A stretch of 64,000 nt of DNA from Desulfatiglandales bacterium (GTDB lineage: Bacteria; Desulfobacterota; DSM-4660; Desulfatiglandales; Desulfatiglandaceae), in NCBI GenBank assembly GCA_963662465.1, contig OY759599.1, forward strand, positions 1,664,001 through 1,728,000, read 5' to 3'. The notes under the pieces are model-generated. The model ran no database searches, was not told the DNA's origin, and worked only from the letters and a program-made list of their open reading frames with translations. Made by a program: the position numbers and the translations under genes. Positions 49,601 to 58,767 of this stretch are shown here, piece by piece. Every line of letters begins with the position of its first letter. Within the stretch, counting starts at the first letter, position 1.

Positions 49601-49905
49601 AAGGCTTTCAATCCAACCCAAGCGACATGAACATCACCGTTCCCACCTCAAAGACGGGTCTGATATTTGTGATGTCCGATGGGCCGATTCAGTGTGCGGA
49701 GTGCAACGGTGAAAAGGTGACACTCACAAATGTCACCTTTTCACCGGGTGTCAATTGCGAGTGTTCCGCGGCGACATCCATCACATTTGAAACGAACGTA
49801 ACCATCGAGGATGGGGCCAATATCACATTCAAGGCACCGATTGTGAGGGTCAAAAGCAAATTCAATGCGAAGAAGGGATCCGTCGTCAATATAAAGCACC
49901 CATAG
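46621..49905 (+). CDS. Large secreted protein: helical core, carboxypeptidase-regulatory-like/prealbumin-fold repeats and a Cys-containing C-terminal beta domain
   Basis: Signal peptide ending ADA; GNYTITP and GTYNLRP repeats; tail ECNGEKVTLTNVTF..CEC.A..SIT...GANITFKAP. Confidence 0.75.
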   Translation: MKILRIVAFIVASGWLGTCTADAATRFISGYRDGIWVYGVIERNDVQYRTDQTGARTNQILFDELSAEDKMRLAKTYSWMTHRLASHFGNDGRDTINAFVNDQTGWSALVEALKNKHAKKEYPELAEAFGPDVTLDLPSINVTCWDVINSSTYSEFVRLKNEIKDDFDIGRQIYTMLVNAKWDQVSIAVKGLSGPLIQVIVDNFITGFVVHGAHYVSDLSAAVQSFNKDLRAFIKGRFSEGSAPPSAADFIAKLDEYLAKMEGASLTAKELVNRKKAQLQALADQLDQMEEDALEARRGAAEETRTTLQAFTETLPEPNVPNITPDPVPENVPEEEREVWIFTNMHNKAYPIWQSILEDTNSVQADIEKEQTELVNQYGSVSVPNLGEPFEYCYDGMTSGFDGRYRNVTVTFDTFDPWDLGPASTACNQAQSLYDGIDRDSRDHIDKAIPRIDPIHARALGMDPYAKYLGTIDTEGNIQPMDPPPGERFKNTGILDFDTIIDIIATPDQELAKTIEDIDDRKSILDAADSNMADGIEQRIAWVKAQYTIYLDLIFNFENSLSYVIAALKQIDRLHEDPYFKKDSPYAIYDGVTLYTYAINIDHILAEIATLGTDSVRLQSARQAALKKLFGLHSQEQALIQKLAIAQDSHINDAQALFDFYRALAAQYTDTSSLSKVFQDVEDITGFAMKTQYDAWNDLVPDITYYYLGDDNWIRTPESLGTSVFARDIYGNPSPYGRITGKTETYFSVYDLYHDMKTEKASLLALSETDFNAWMTQTTIDLDKYENRLQTEGVYGPGWPCWELLYAVNNLQESINGEYRHGTPLPPPYYQVHGQLKTEDGLGVEDIDLIMDGYYGEDGSGAHVTFQATTGVRGHFLFEFIGTGNYTITPSDTSVRRGMGSSGLREMQFNIETTAVEMRGTDLSVNVVATPTPESGNYVTGWVKDAQGSGTGGKTMVLESLETGDISSKLTLDDGFFSFMGLPEGTYNLRPVEQGFQSNPSDMNITVPTSKTGLIFVMSDGPIQCAECNGEKVTLTNVTFSPGVNCECSAATSITFETNVTIEDGANITFKAPIVRVKSKFNAKKGSVVNIKHP

Positions 49906-50015
49906 GCTTCATGGTGTACCCTCAATATCTTGCAGGGTGTTGATGGACCATCCGCCTTCAGCCAGGTTGGCCGCAAGTAGGTGTTTCGTCCAATTCAGGG
50001 GCACCGTGAAACGCC

Positions 50016-50044
50016 TTGACGGCGGGTCCGGGTCCCCCTATACT
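50016..50044 (+). promoter_or_regulatory. sigma70-type promoter
   Basis: TTGACG-17nt-TATACT. Confidence 0.55.
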
Positions 50045-50097
50045 TTCTGAAAAAAGGCAGCCATTATGGCGCCAATCCACGATATCCCTTTTCCAGC

Positions 50098-50420
50098 ATG
50101 CCTTTGACCATGCGAGAATTCCGCCTTCGTCACCGGTCCCACATCATTGATGAGTGGGTAAACCGGCTCAAGACCAATGCTGGCCCGCTCTATGCCGCAA
50201 GACCCCGGGAGGAACTCTGGGAAAGCATTTACGAAGCATTTGAGGCAATGTCCATTTCCTGGCGGAAAACCGCATGGGCTCCATCAACCGGTTCATCGAT
50301 AAAATCTGCAAAATGCGCCTTGAGGCGGGTTTTTATCTGTCGGATGTACAGACCGCCTTTGAACTCTACCTGGAGATTGTGATTCCACTCATGGCCCTGG
50401 ATTTCAGCCGGGAGGATTTA
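50098..50420 (+). pseudogene. Frameshifted, truncated RsbRD_N-like sensor N-terminus
   Basis: IIDEWVNRL...RPREEL; RFIDKICKMRLEAGFYLSDVQTAFELY. Confidence 0.55.
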
Positions 50421-50663
50421 TATCGGTCCAAAGACGGCAAAGAGGAGAGAATCTTTGATGCTCTGGAGTGGCTGGCGGCCATGTGTTCTCACGTTCCAAA
50501 CAAAGGGCAATAGATGGTTCGTTACTTCGGTTTTTACATCAATGTCGCCAGGGGAAAACGGAAGATGAAGGATGAAGATGGGCTTATCCCTTCAATCCTT
50601 GAACCGAATGGATCGCCAAAAGAACATAAACGCAACTGGGCTCGCCTAATACATAAAATATAT

Positions 50664-51991
50664 CAGTAATTTCCGGTTAGGTTTTTGCATAAGAATTTGA
50701 AATTTTTTGGTTTTTAAAATTTTGCCCGTGACGTGGATCGGCCATGTGGCTATCAGCGATTCGAGTCTCATTCTGTATCTTGATGCGTAGCTCTCTGACC
50801 CGCTTTATGCTGACTCTTTCGTTGTGCTGCTCGCGACAATAGATGGCAAGCAGCAAATATGTGATCAGACCTGAAATGATTTGCACCATCAGGCCGTACT
50901 CACCCCTGGCAATCAGATGGTAGACTCTGAGATGGCGTTTCCACCAGCCAAAGAATATCTCGATATCCCATCTGAGTTTATAAATGAGAGCAATTTGCTC
51001 CGCTGGCAGATCATGGCGACTTGTGGCAACCCAGTATTTGATTTTGTTGACCGTGTATCCGACGACTCTGACTGGCTTTTGGGTCTGATTCGTTCCAGGA
51101 GTTCCCAAAATAACAACTGCGTCGCAGAAGATGTTGCTGTCGGGATCGATTTCATGGGCCTTCAGAATGGTTTTCTTTGTGCTGGCCTTGATGCGGCAAA
51201 CAAAATGCTTTTCCTCTTCTTGCCACTGATCGAACCGATCATGGGCCTGGTATCCACGATCGGTAACGCCGGTTTGCCCCGGAGAAAGGATCATGCTGAC
51301 AAAAGGACGCTCAGCGCCATTGCCATCGGAAAGGAATACCTTTCTTGGAATCCCTCGGTTTAAATCAAATCCGAAATGGACTTTGGCTTTTTTCGAACCT
51401 TTTCTGTAATCAGCCCAATGCATCGAAAGACATGCATCAATCAAGGAACCGTCGATACCAATGAGCTCCCCAAGATCAGGATATTCCATTGGTAGAACAG
51501 AAACAGCATTGGTTTGGAGGTTCTGGTAAACGTACATGAACTGCTCAAGCCCTCTGGAATTGATGGCCTCAGCAAAGCTGCTCTTTTTAATCCCTTGCTT
51601 GGGTGCGATGTTGTCACGGGCAAAGTCATTTTCTTCGAGGACCTGAAGAAGATGCTGAGCGGAAACGTGCTCTTCAAGATGGAAATAAACGAGAGCCTTG
51701 AGTTGATCATCAAAAGTCATTTTCAATGGTCTGTGGCCTTGCGCCTCCAAGGGAGGCATACCGACCTGGGCGCTTTGAACTGGCCGATATAATCGGTCAA
51801 AAGATGGAGCGTTTGTTTTAGCTTGACGGTCAATCGAGTAAGGCATTTTGTAACCTCCTGAAATCATTGAAGATTACAAAATTTTCGCCGCACACCTTAA
51901 TCGGAATGTCAAGCGAAAAATGAACTTAAGTCGCTGATTTAAAAAATTTTTTTAGACACCTCGCATGCAAAAACCTAACCGGAAATCACTG
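50664..51991 (-). mobile_element. IS4-family IS, intact
   Basis: 27-bp TIRs CAGT(A/G)ATTTCCGGTTAGGTTTTTGCAT; 9-bp target duplication AAAATATAT (50655-50663 and 51992-52000). Confidence 0.93.
50677..51867 (-). CDS. IS4-family DDE transposase
   Basis: IDGSLI, TDRGY, YKLRWDIEIFF (YREK-like motif). Confidence 0.92.
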   Translation of the reverse strand: MISGGYKMPYSIDRQAKTNAPSFDRLYRPVQSAQVGMPPLEAQGHRPLKMTFDDQLKALVYFHLEEHVSAQHLLQVLEENDFARDNIAPKQGIKKSSFAEAINSRGLEQFMYVYQNLQTNAVSVLPMEYPDLGELIGIDGSLIDACLSMHWADYRKGSKKAKVHFGFDLNRGIPRKVFLSDGNGAERPFVSMILSPGQTGVTDRGYQAHDRFDQWQEEEKHFVCRIKASTKKTILKAHEIDPDSNIFCDAVVILGTPGTNQTQKPVRVVGYTVNKIKYWVATSRHDLPAEQIALIYKLRWDIEIFFGWWKRHLRVYHLIARGEYGLMVQIISGLITYLLLAIYCREQHNERVSIKRVRELRIKIQNETRIADSHMADPRHGQNFKNQKISNSYAKT

Positions 51992-52395
51992 AAAATATAT
52001 GAAATTAATCCCCTTTGCTGTCCCGGATGTTCAGGAAAAATGAAAGTCATCAGCATCATTGAACGTCCGGATGTCATAAAGAAGATATTGCGACACCTCG
52101 GGCTTTTGGACGGTAAGGCCAGGCCGCCGTCCAAGAACGTCGACCCGAAAACAAACATTGATACTTCAGATTCTCAGTTGCTTTCATGTGACGACTATTT
52201 TTAGCGTGATCCGGAATACCCCATCGAGGTTTATGCCTCGTAATTTTCAAAAAAAATCTGAGATTTTGATGCACCATTATGTCTGGAAAACCATGAAAAC
52301 TCCCTGTTTCTCCGCCGATTGAAGTATCCGTGATCCTCAAACAGTCCCTCTGTCGGCCATCTCCAGCCACCGCGTGCATCGCTCAAAACCAATAC

Positions 52396-52520
52396 GTAGA
52401 GTCGAGGATGGGCGCGGTAGCTTATAGCCCCGTTTCCCATCCCCGCTCATCAAACCATGCATGCGGATTCCCGCACACGGCTTTCCGATTGGATCCACCT
52501 CAAGGCACACGACGAGCGGC
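52396..52520 (-). ncRNA. Group II intron 3' relic (domains V and VI)
   Basis: Minus strand GGAAAGCCGTGTGCGGGAATCCGCATGCATGGTTTGATGAGCGGG followed by GATGGG...CCCATCCTCGACTCTAC. Confidence 0.75.
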
Positions 52521-52649
52521 TATATTATTAATGATCTTAGCACAAAACATCAAGTTCACCGACACCGCCCGCCTGACCGCAGGTGGGATATTCTTTACTA
52601 TCTTCAGCCATTGAAAACTTGGTATATGCTTTAATTACCTCTATATTTT

Positions 52650-53339
52650 CAGAGTTCCTGGTAAATGACCGTTGTACAACCTAACTGTTTGAAATCGTTA
52701 CACGGGAGATTCTCATAATTTCGTGTGCATTTCAGAATTTAGCTCAGCGTAACCTACTGAAAACATTGAATTGGATAAAATATATTTTTTCTTGACAAAT
52801 GAAAACTGAAAAATTATCTTCAGACCATGATTGTCAAAACAGAAAAAATCAGCGACCTATCCGTATGGACTGAGCGGGATTGGAAGGAAAAAATCACTGT
52901 TACGGTTTATCATGAGTATCGTCCTGTCGTTAGTTTCGATCCTGGGAAGATAAATGATAGGAGACTCGCTGCCGTACAACTTGTCGAGCTTGCTTATTGT
53001 AAAAACCGGCTTGCCGGCAAAATTTGTGGGTTTCACCGCAATACGGTTGGCAAACTGCTTCGCACCAAAAGGCTTTTAGGTGTTGAGGCCATATTTGAGG
53101 ACAACCGTGGTCCCAAAACTCCCTGGAAATATATTGGCAGCATCCGCAAAACCATCAAGAAACTCATCCGCGAGAATCCTGACTGGACTGACCAGCAGAT
53201 TGCAAATGCTGCGGAAAAGCAAACTGAAACGACTATTTCCAGAAGTGCTGTAGCTCGTATCAGAACCGCAGATCAAGATGCAGAAACTGAAAAGCCTACA
53301 AAGCATGACTTGGAGCAACTAGCTAAAATTGCGGATAGT
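52650..53339 (+). mobile_element. 5' fragment of the unclassified transposase element (ORF from 52827), truncated by IS200
   Basis: Near-identical to the 45653-44965 copy up to IADS. Confidence 0.8.
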
Positions 53340-54012
53340 ATGTGTCCTTTCGGCAAACATGCACAGATGAAAAATAATTTTATTAAAAAGTAAACCACTA
53401 CCTCTGGTAGTGGAATAAAAAAAGGTTCTACCGGTGTATTGAATATGACGAGTATTATATGTCTTCCTGGAAGGTGCGAAACTAACAGGAGGCATATAAT
53501 GACTCGTCAACGTCAATTCAAGAAATTAGCACATTCTTTGTATGAGTGTAAGTACCATGTGGTGTTTTGCCCGAAATATCGCTACAAAATATTGCAGGAA
53601 GAAGTGGCAAAATATGTGATGCAACAGATATATCGGTTATGTAATCAAAAAGATGACGTAGAAGTGGTGGAAGGTAATGTGCAAATTGACCATGTTCACC
53701 TGGTCGTATCAATCCCTCCGAAATACGCCATATCGCAGTTCATGGGGTTCCTGAAGGGGAAACTGGCTCTACAACTATTTGACCGTTTTCCTCAACTGCG
53801 AAAAAAATACTGGGGACAACATGTGTGGTCGAGAGGCTATTGTGTGAGTACGGTAGGCTTAGATGAAGAGCGGATCAAAAAGTATGTAAAATGGCAGCAT
53901 AGTAAAGATAAAGATGCCGATGTGACGCAAGGTAAATTGTTCAAATAGAATAGGTACCATGCACCTTCCAGGTGCATTAATTCAAGCCACCACCTTTGGT
54001 GGTGGTCATTGA
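53340..54012 (+). mobile_element. IS200/IS605-family element (tnpA only)
   Basis: Subterminal hairpins CCACTACCTCTGGTAGTGG and CCACCACCTTTGGTGGTGG. Confidence 0.85.
53499..53948 (+). CDS. tnpA: IS200 Y1 transposase TnpA
   Basis: KYHVVFCPKYR, DHVHL, WSRGYCVSTVG, YVKWQ. Confidence 0.93.
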   Translation: MTRQRQFKKLAHSLYECKYHVVFCPKYRYKILQEEVAKYVMQQIYRLCNQKDDVEVVEGNVQIDHVHLVVSIPPKYAISQFMGFLKGKLALQLFDRFPQLRKKYWGQHVWSRGYCVSTVGLDEERIKKYVKWQHSKDKDADVTQGKLFK

Positions 54013-54651
54013 CTGCTCAGTCATCCGACTATGCCATTGGGAACGGTCAAACTGTTCCATGACGCCGTGTACTACAGCATCAAATGGCATCTTCTTGTAT
54101 TTGCATCCCGTCTTATTTTGTCCGGCAATTTTGGTATCATCAACGAACTGTACAAGGCGCGTCAAAACCAAACCTCTCCGCTGGATATCCGTTATTGGAG
54201 TACTACTCCCTATCTATGCGGGGCAGATCACGTTGTGAAATACTCCATGGTCCCCACGTCGAACCTGAAAAGCGCTCTGCCTCCAATACTTACCGATCAT
54301 TATCTTACTGAGAATATGGAAAAACACCTGGCAGCGAATGAGGCAACCTTTGATTTCATGATTCAGGTTCAAAAAGACTCTGCCCGGATGCCGGTTGAGG
54401 ATGCCGGAGTGGAATGGAGCGAAAAGGAATCTCCCCCTATAAAAGTTGCCACACTTCGCATTCCTCCTCAAGCTTTCCGTACCAAAGAACGTGAGGAACT
54501 GGCTGAAGATTTATCTTTTTCCCCGGCGCATTCCCTGATTGAACATCGGCCAATCGGCGGTATCAACCGGGCAAGGGTTGAAATTTACCGGTTTTTATCC
54601 GAATTTCGCCATAAGCAGAACAACAAGCAACTGACAGAACCCGGCAGGTAG
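54013..54651 (+). pseudogene. C-terminal part of a catalase-related heme protein; 5' part lost at IS200
   Basis: YWSTTPY, FDFMIQ, PVEDAGVEW, LSFSPAHSLIEHRPIGGINRAR. Confidence 0.7.
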
Positions 54652-54794
54652 CCGGACAGAAGGGCCGGGCGCCATTTGGGCGGGGGCCGCCTGTACTACA
54701 AAAAAATCATATATGACCCCTAGGTAAACATGACCTTTTTTATATGGTATTCACCCTGAAAAAACAAGCAACGATAAAGCTGATTGGTACATTA

Positions 54795-54980
54795 AGCATC
54801 AGCGAGGCCGAAGGTTATGCATTGGAACGCGTAAACCGGGCTCAAGGAGAGGCCACCCGTTTTGAGGCCATTTTAGGACAATACGAACAGGCGCCGCAAG
54901 TTACGCGCCGGCGGCTGTATCTGGAGGCCATGACCGGTTTCCTGTCAGACATGAAAGGACTCTATATCGTGGATAAGGGG
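54795..54980 (+). pseudogene. hflK: HflK C-terminal fragment
   Basis: EAEGYALERVNRAQGEATRF...APQVTRRRLYLEAM. Confidence 0.7.
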
Positions 54981-55028
54981 GATTGGCCCTCACAACCGGA
55001 AATCTGTGAGGAAGTGTGTGTTGACCAT

Positions 55029-55086
55029 CTCGAACAAACCATTTGAGCGGACTTGCTGAAGCTCACCGCTCAATTCAAGGTTAAAC
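55029..55086 (+). other. Solitary integron attC-like site
   Basis: GAAC-AAACCAT-TTGAGCGG...CCGCTCAA-TTCAAG-GTTAAAC. Confidence 0.5.
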
Positions 55087-55136
55087 TGTGATACCAACGT
55101 ATTTGGAGAATTGAATCTCATGTGGATATTCTCAAC

Positions 55137-56741
55137 TCAAGACTTTAGACCGGCATCTTGGAGTTTGCAGTAGTCCGTGTAGGCACAAACGTGATTGGCA
55201 AAACCAACGCCTGCCTCTTCATATAGACTGTATGCGGCATCGATTCCCTCCTTTTTCAGGATGTTTATTTCATCTTCGTAGCTTACCGACGCAACGATCT
55301 GGCCCTGGTAACCTTTCTGGTTCATTTGTCGAATCGCAAATATGGCTGCATTGAGATCCGGCAGGGCCAGCATAACTAATTGGATGCGGCTTTTTGCAGG
55401 ATCGACCCGCTCCCAAAAATCGCTATCTTCGGCATCAGCGTAAATTACATTTCTTCCGAGTTTTCGATGTTCTTCCACCGTATCACTGGAGAAATCCAGA
55501 CCGATTAATACATCGCCGTATCTACGTCTCATTTCTTCATATGCGCTTGTTCCCACATCCCCCATACCGAATATGGCAATCTCAGCATCCCCGGTTTCTA
55601 CCGGTTCATCTTCATGAAGACGCTTCTTAGTTTCAAAACGTTTCAGGAAGTCCGAAAAATATGCGTAGATATTGTGAGCGGCGGAATTCAACGGCGCTGC
55701 CAAAATGAATGTTAGCGAGAGTGCAATTGCAATGGTAACCAACCAGTCGCTGCTCATCCAGCCGCTTGCCACAACGATAGACCCGACAATTAAACCGAAC
55801 TCGCTGTAATTAGCCAGACTAAATGAAGCAAGCAATGATGTCCGTGCCCGAAGCTTGAAACGCGTGAGGATGACGAAGAACAGCGCCGTCTTTACAAGCA
55901 TAGCCAGCGCCAACAGAAAGGCAATCATGATGCTTGCCAGTGTCGGTGTAGCTGAAATGCCAATATTTAGGAAGAAGCCGACAAGAAACAGGTCTTTAAA
56001 CCCAAGCAGTCTATTGGATAGTTCCGTAGCCTTTGGATGAGTGGCCAAGAGCATGCCAAACACGAGCGCTCCCAAGTCGCCTTTTAGCTCGACCATTTCG
56101 AAACTGCTGTATCCGGCAAAGGTCATCAGTATGCCGAACAGCATCAACAGCTCTCCGTGACCACATCGACCCATAAACATAGTCAAAAGAGGTCTGATGG
56201 CAATGAGACATATTGCGAGCGCTGCTGCCCACGGTGAGGGGAGCTTTCCTGCAGAAGCCGCCAGAAAGACAACCGCGATAATGTCCTGCATGATCAGTAT
56301 ACCGATCGCAGTAGCGGTATGACGGGATGCCATCTCTTTCTTTTCCTCAAGCACTTTTACCGCAAAAACCGTACTCGAAAAACTTAAGGCGAACGCGATC
56401 AGTATTGCGGTTTGCCGGCTTAGAAGATTAAAGTAGGGCATCCCTGATACACCAAGAATCCAGATCCCGGCCCCGAAGACGGCAACGGTGATGAGCATGT
56501 GGATCGTTGCACCGGCCCATACTTCGGGCCTGGCAAGACTCTTCAACTTCAGCTTTAGGCCGATGGAAAAGAGGAGCAGCGTTACACCTGCATCGGCAAT
56601 TTTTCCAAGTGTTTCGCCGCCCTCGACGCCAAAACTGTTAAGGACAAACCCGGCAATCAGGTATCCCACAAGGGGCGGCAGACCGATCCTGCTGGAGGCG
56701 GTTCCGGAGACAAATGCGGCAACGATCCACAATGGGTTCAT
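55137..56741 (-). CDS. CPA2 (Kef-like) cation:proton antiporter with a TrkA_N/RCK domain
   Basis: LPPLVGYL, LLFSIGL, FSSTVFAVK, IMQD, SEFGLIV, GMGDVG; RBS GGAGG. Confidence 0.9.
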   Translation of the reverse strand: MNPLWIVAAFVSGTASSRIGLPPLVGYLIAGFVLNSFGVEGGETLGKIADAGVTLLLFSIGLKLKLKSLARPEVWAGATIHMLITVAVFGAGIWILGVSGMPYFNLLSRQTAILIAFALSFSSTVFAVKVLEEKKEMASRHTATAIGILIMQDIIAVVFLAASAGKLPSPWAAALAICLIAIRPLLTMFMGRCGHGELLMLFGILMTFAGYSSFEMVELKGDLGALVFGMLLATHPKATELSNRLLGFKDLFLVGFFLNIGISATPTLASIMIAFLLALAMLVKTALFFVILTRFKLRARTSLLASFSLANYSEFGLIVGSIVVASGWMSSDWLVTIAIALSLTFILAAPLNSAAHNIYAYFSDFLKRFETKKRLHEDEPVETGDAEIAIFGMGDVGTSAYEEMRRRYGDVLIGLDFSSDTVEEHRKLGRNVIYADAEDSDFWERVDPAKSRIQLVMLALPDLNAAIFAIRQMNQKGYQGQIVASVSYEDEINILKKEGIDAAYSLYEEAGVGFANHVCAYTDYCKLQDAGLKS

Positions 56742-56948
56742 AATAGGATGACCTCCATAAACGTTTTCTTCTGCATACCAATACAAAAGCTGAGGCTCAG
56801 CAACAGCGGATCGACTTTAACATTTATAACGGGATTTTTCTACCAGAAATCCGAAAGATTTTCGGTAGATACGACATTCAATAGAAATGATAAACCTTTA
56901 ATACGGTCAACAAGATTCTCCTCTTTCGTTTTTAGAGACGACTGAGTG

Positions 56949-57040
56949 CCTGGGCTCCTCCCGTACCATTAAAGTCGATGTGAGGGTGGTCGCAACAACC
57001 AATCGAAACCTTGGGGAAAAAGATCACATCGATAAAAACT
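56949..57040 (+). pseudogene. Collapsed relic of a sigma54 activator gene (paralog of 35722-37464)
   Basis: Three pieces matching 36900-36964, 37109-37130 and 37482ff are joined directly. Confidence 0.75.
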
Positions 57041-57041
57041 C

Positions 57042-57189
57042 CCTCAGCATATTGCGGTTCCACCAAATATTGAGGGCAAATCAGCCATTCCATGCAGTGC
57101 CGCTACTCGCTCCTGTTGTCCTAAAGAACTGTTATTAATTCAGTAATCCAAAATATTGCCGATTCGCGGTTGTTGGCAGGATAATTGCA
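57042..57189 (+). promoter_or_regulatory. sigma54 enhancer + promoter for the stress cluster
   Basis: Paired boxes at 57042-57075; TTGGCAGGATAATTGCA (GG-N10-GC). Confidence 0.75.
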
Positions 57190-57300
57190 ATTCCCAGTTC
57201 CATTGACGGCTGAGAAAAGAAGCTGACACATGTTGTTTTCAGTTCAGGCGGAGGGATTTTAGCCGGCGACATCAGTGTTCGCGAAAGGAGGCTTAGTAAC

Positions 57301-57438
57301 ATGCAAATCGATATCTCCCCACAACCGGTGATTGCGCTAATCGCGGGTATCGCGATTCTCGTTGCCCCGAAACTATTGAATTTTATTGTTGCCATTTATC
57401 TCATTGTATTTGGCATTTTAGGGCTGGTCCGAATGTAA
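57301..57438 (+). CDS. DUF3096 small membrane protein
   Basis: PVIALIAGIAILVAPKLLNFIVAIYLIVFGILGL; RBS AGGAGG. Confidence 0.85.
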   Translation: MQIDISPQPVIALIAGIAILVAPKLLNFIVAIYLIVFGILGLVRM

Positions 57439-57467
57439 TCAACCCGAAATCCAACAGGAGGAATATC

Positions 57468-57647
57468 ATGAAATCAAGCACAAAGGACAAAGCGGAAGGA
57501 AAGTTGCACCAGGCGAAGGGTAAGATCAAAGAGATCGCCGGGAAAGTCATCCTGAATCCTGACTTGGAAGCCGAAGGCAAAAAGGAAAACAAAACCGGCA
57601 AAGTTCAAGAAAAAATCGGTGAGATCAAGAAGGTCGGTGGTAAGTAA
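57468..57647 (+). CDS. CsbD-family stress protein
   Basis: DKAEGKLHQAKGKIKEIAGK...LEAEGK.E...GKVQEKIG. Confidence 0.88.
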   Translation: MKSSTKDKAEGKLHQAKGKIKEIAGKVILNPDLEAEGKKENKTGKVQEKIGEIKKVGGK

Positions 57648-57697
57648 ACAAAGGCTTCCATAAAAAGACTTTTGGAAGCGTTAGAGAGGCGGCTGAA

Positions 57698-57847
57698 ATG
57701 CTTTGGACCATATTTGTAATTCTTTTGATTCTGTGGGTGCTGGGTTTGTTGACAGGCTACACGATGGGTGGCGTCATCCATGTTCTGCTGGTCATTGCCA
57801 TCATCGTGGTGCTGATCCAGGTGATTCAAGGACGAAGACGAGGGTAA
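57698..57847 (+). CDS. lmo0937-family small membrane protein
   Basis: MLWTIFVILLILWVLGLLTGYTMGGVIHVLLVIAIIVVLIQVIQGRR. Confidence 0.85.
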   Translation: MLWTIFVILLILWVLGLLTGYTMGGVIHVLLVIAIIVVLIQVIQGRRRG

Positions 57848-57937
57848 CCAAGGTCAAATCCCTGTGAGGTATTCAGTATCCAGTGTGAATCGTCAAGAAG
57901 GCAAAAACAAAACGTTACAAAAAAAGGAGAACGTACC

Positions 57938-58738
57938 ATGAAAGCAATACATTCTGCAGTTCTGATGGCAGCCGCATTCGCTCTACTGGTGATAAGCGTG
58001 CCCGTGCATGGGTCCAACACGGATGACGGCATCGAATCATCGGCCAGGAAGACTTATGTTTTCAAGACCTACCTCAAGTACGACGACATTAAGATCCAGT
58101 CCAAAGACGGCGCCGTCATCTTGACGGGGACTGTCGCCGAAGAACCTAATATAATGTTGGCCCAGGTGACCGTGGTGGGCTTGCCAGGGGTCAAGAGTGT
58201 GGACAATCAGCTGAAACTGAAGGATGAAACAGGCGCTGGAAGCCCGGACGCGCTGGTCAGAGCAAGAGTGAAGCTCGATCTGTTGTCCCATCGCAACCTG
58301 CGTGGCAGTAAGACGGACGTTCAAGTGAAAGATGGGATCGTCACCTTGAGCGGCGAGGCCGCGAACCAGGCCCAAATCGATCTGACGACCGAATACATCA
58401 GGAACGTCGAGGGCGTCAAGGATGTTAAGAACGACATGACCGTGTCGGAGGCTGGAAAAACGATGGGCGAAAAGGCCGGGGACGTGGGTAACAAGATCGG
58501 CAACACGGCAGGTGATGTGGGGGAATGGATCGATGACGCGTCCATTACCGCTTTGGTCAAAGGGACGTTGCTGTATCATCGTTCGACCAGTGGCCTCAAC
58601 ACCAAAGTCGAGACGACCGAAGGCGTGGTCAAGTTGAGTGGCTCGGCCAGGAACGCATCCGAGAAGGAATTGGCTACCAAATTCGTGGAAGACGTTTATG
58701 GTGTGAAGAGTGTCAATAACCAGATGACCATCAAGTAA
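57938..58738 (+). CDS. OsmY-like triple BON-domain protein
   Basis: Signal peptide; three G.V.L.G...GVK.V.N repeats. Confidence 0.88.
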   Translation: MKAIHSAVLMAAAFALLVISVPVHGSNTDDGIESSARKTYVFKTYLKYDDIKIQSKDGAVILTGTVAEEPNIMLAQVTVVGLPGVKSVDNQLKLKDETGAGSPDALVRARVKLDLLSHRNLRGSKTDVQVKDGIVTLSGEAANQAQIDLTTEYIRNVEGVKDVKNDMTVSEAGKTMGEKAGDVGNKIGNTAGDVGEWIDDASITALVKGTLLYHRSTSGLNTKVETTEGVVKLSGSARNASEKELATKFVEDVYGVKSVNNQMTIK

Positions 58739-58767
58739 TACGAGTCGTTTATATCATGGAGGTCGTT

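Larger units (their letters stand above)
50418..52204 (+). pseudogene. IS91/ISCR-like transposase C-terminal fragment interrupted by IS4
   Basis: FDALEWLAAMCSHVP..*MVRYFGFY...NWARLIHKIY, resuming EINPLCCPGCSGKMKVIS...KKILRHLGL. Confidence 0.8.

Noticed and set aside
17041..57075. NrdR boxes
   Set aside because: The resemblance is superficial: the period is 18 bp, no nrd genes are adjacent, and the boxes associate with sigma54 promoters.
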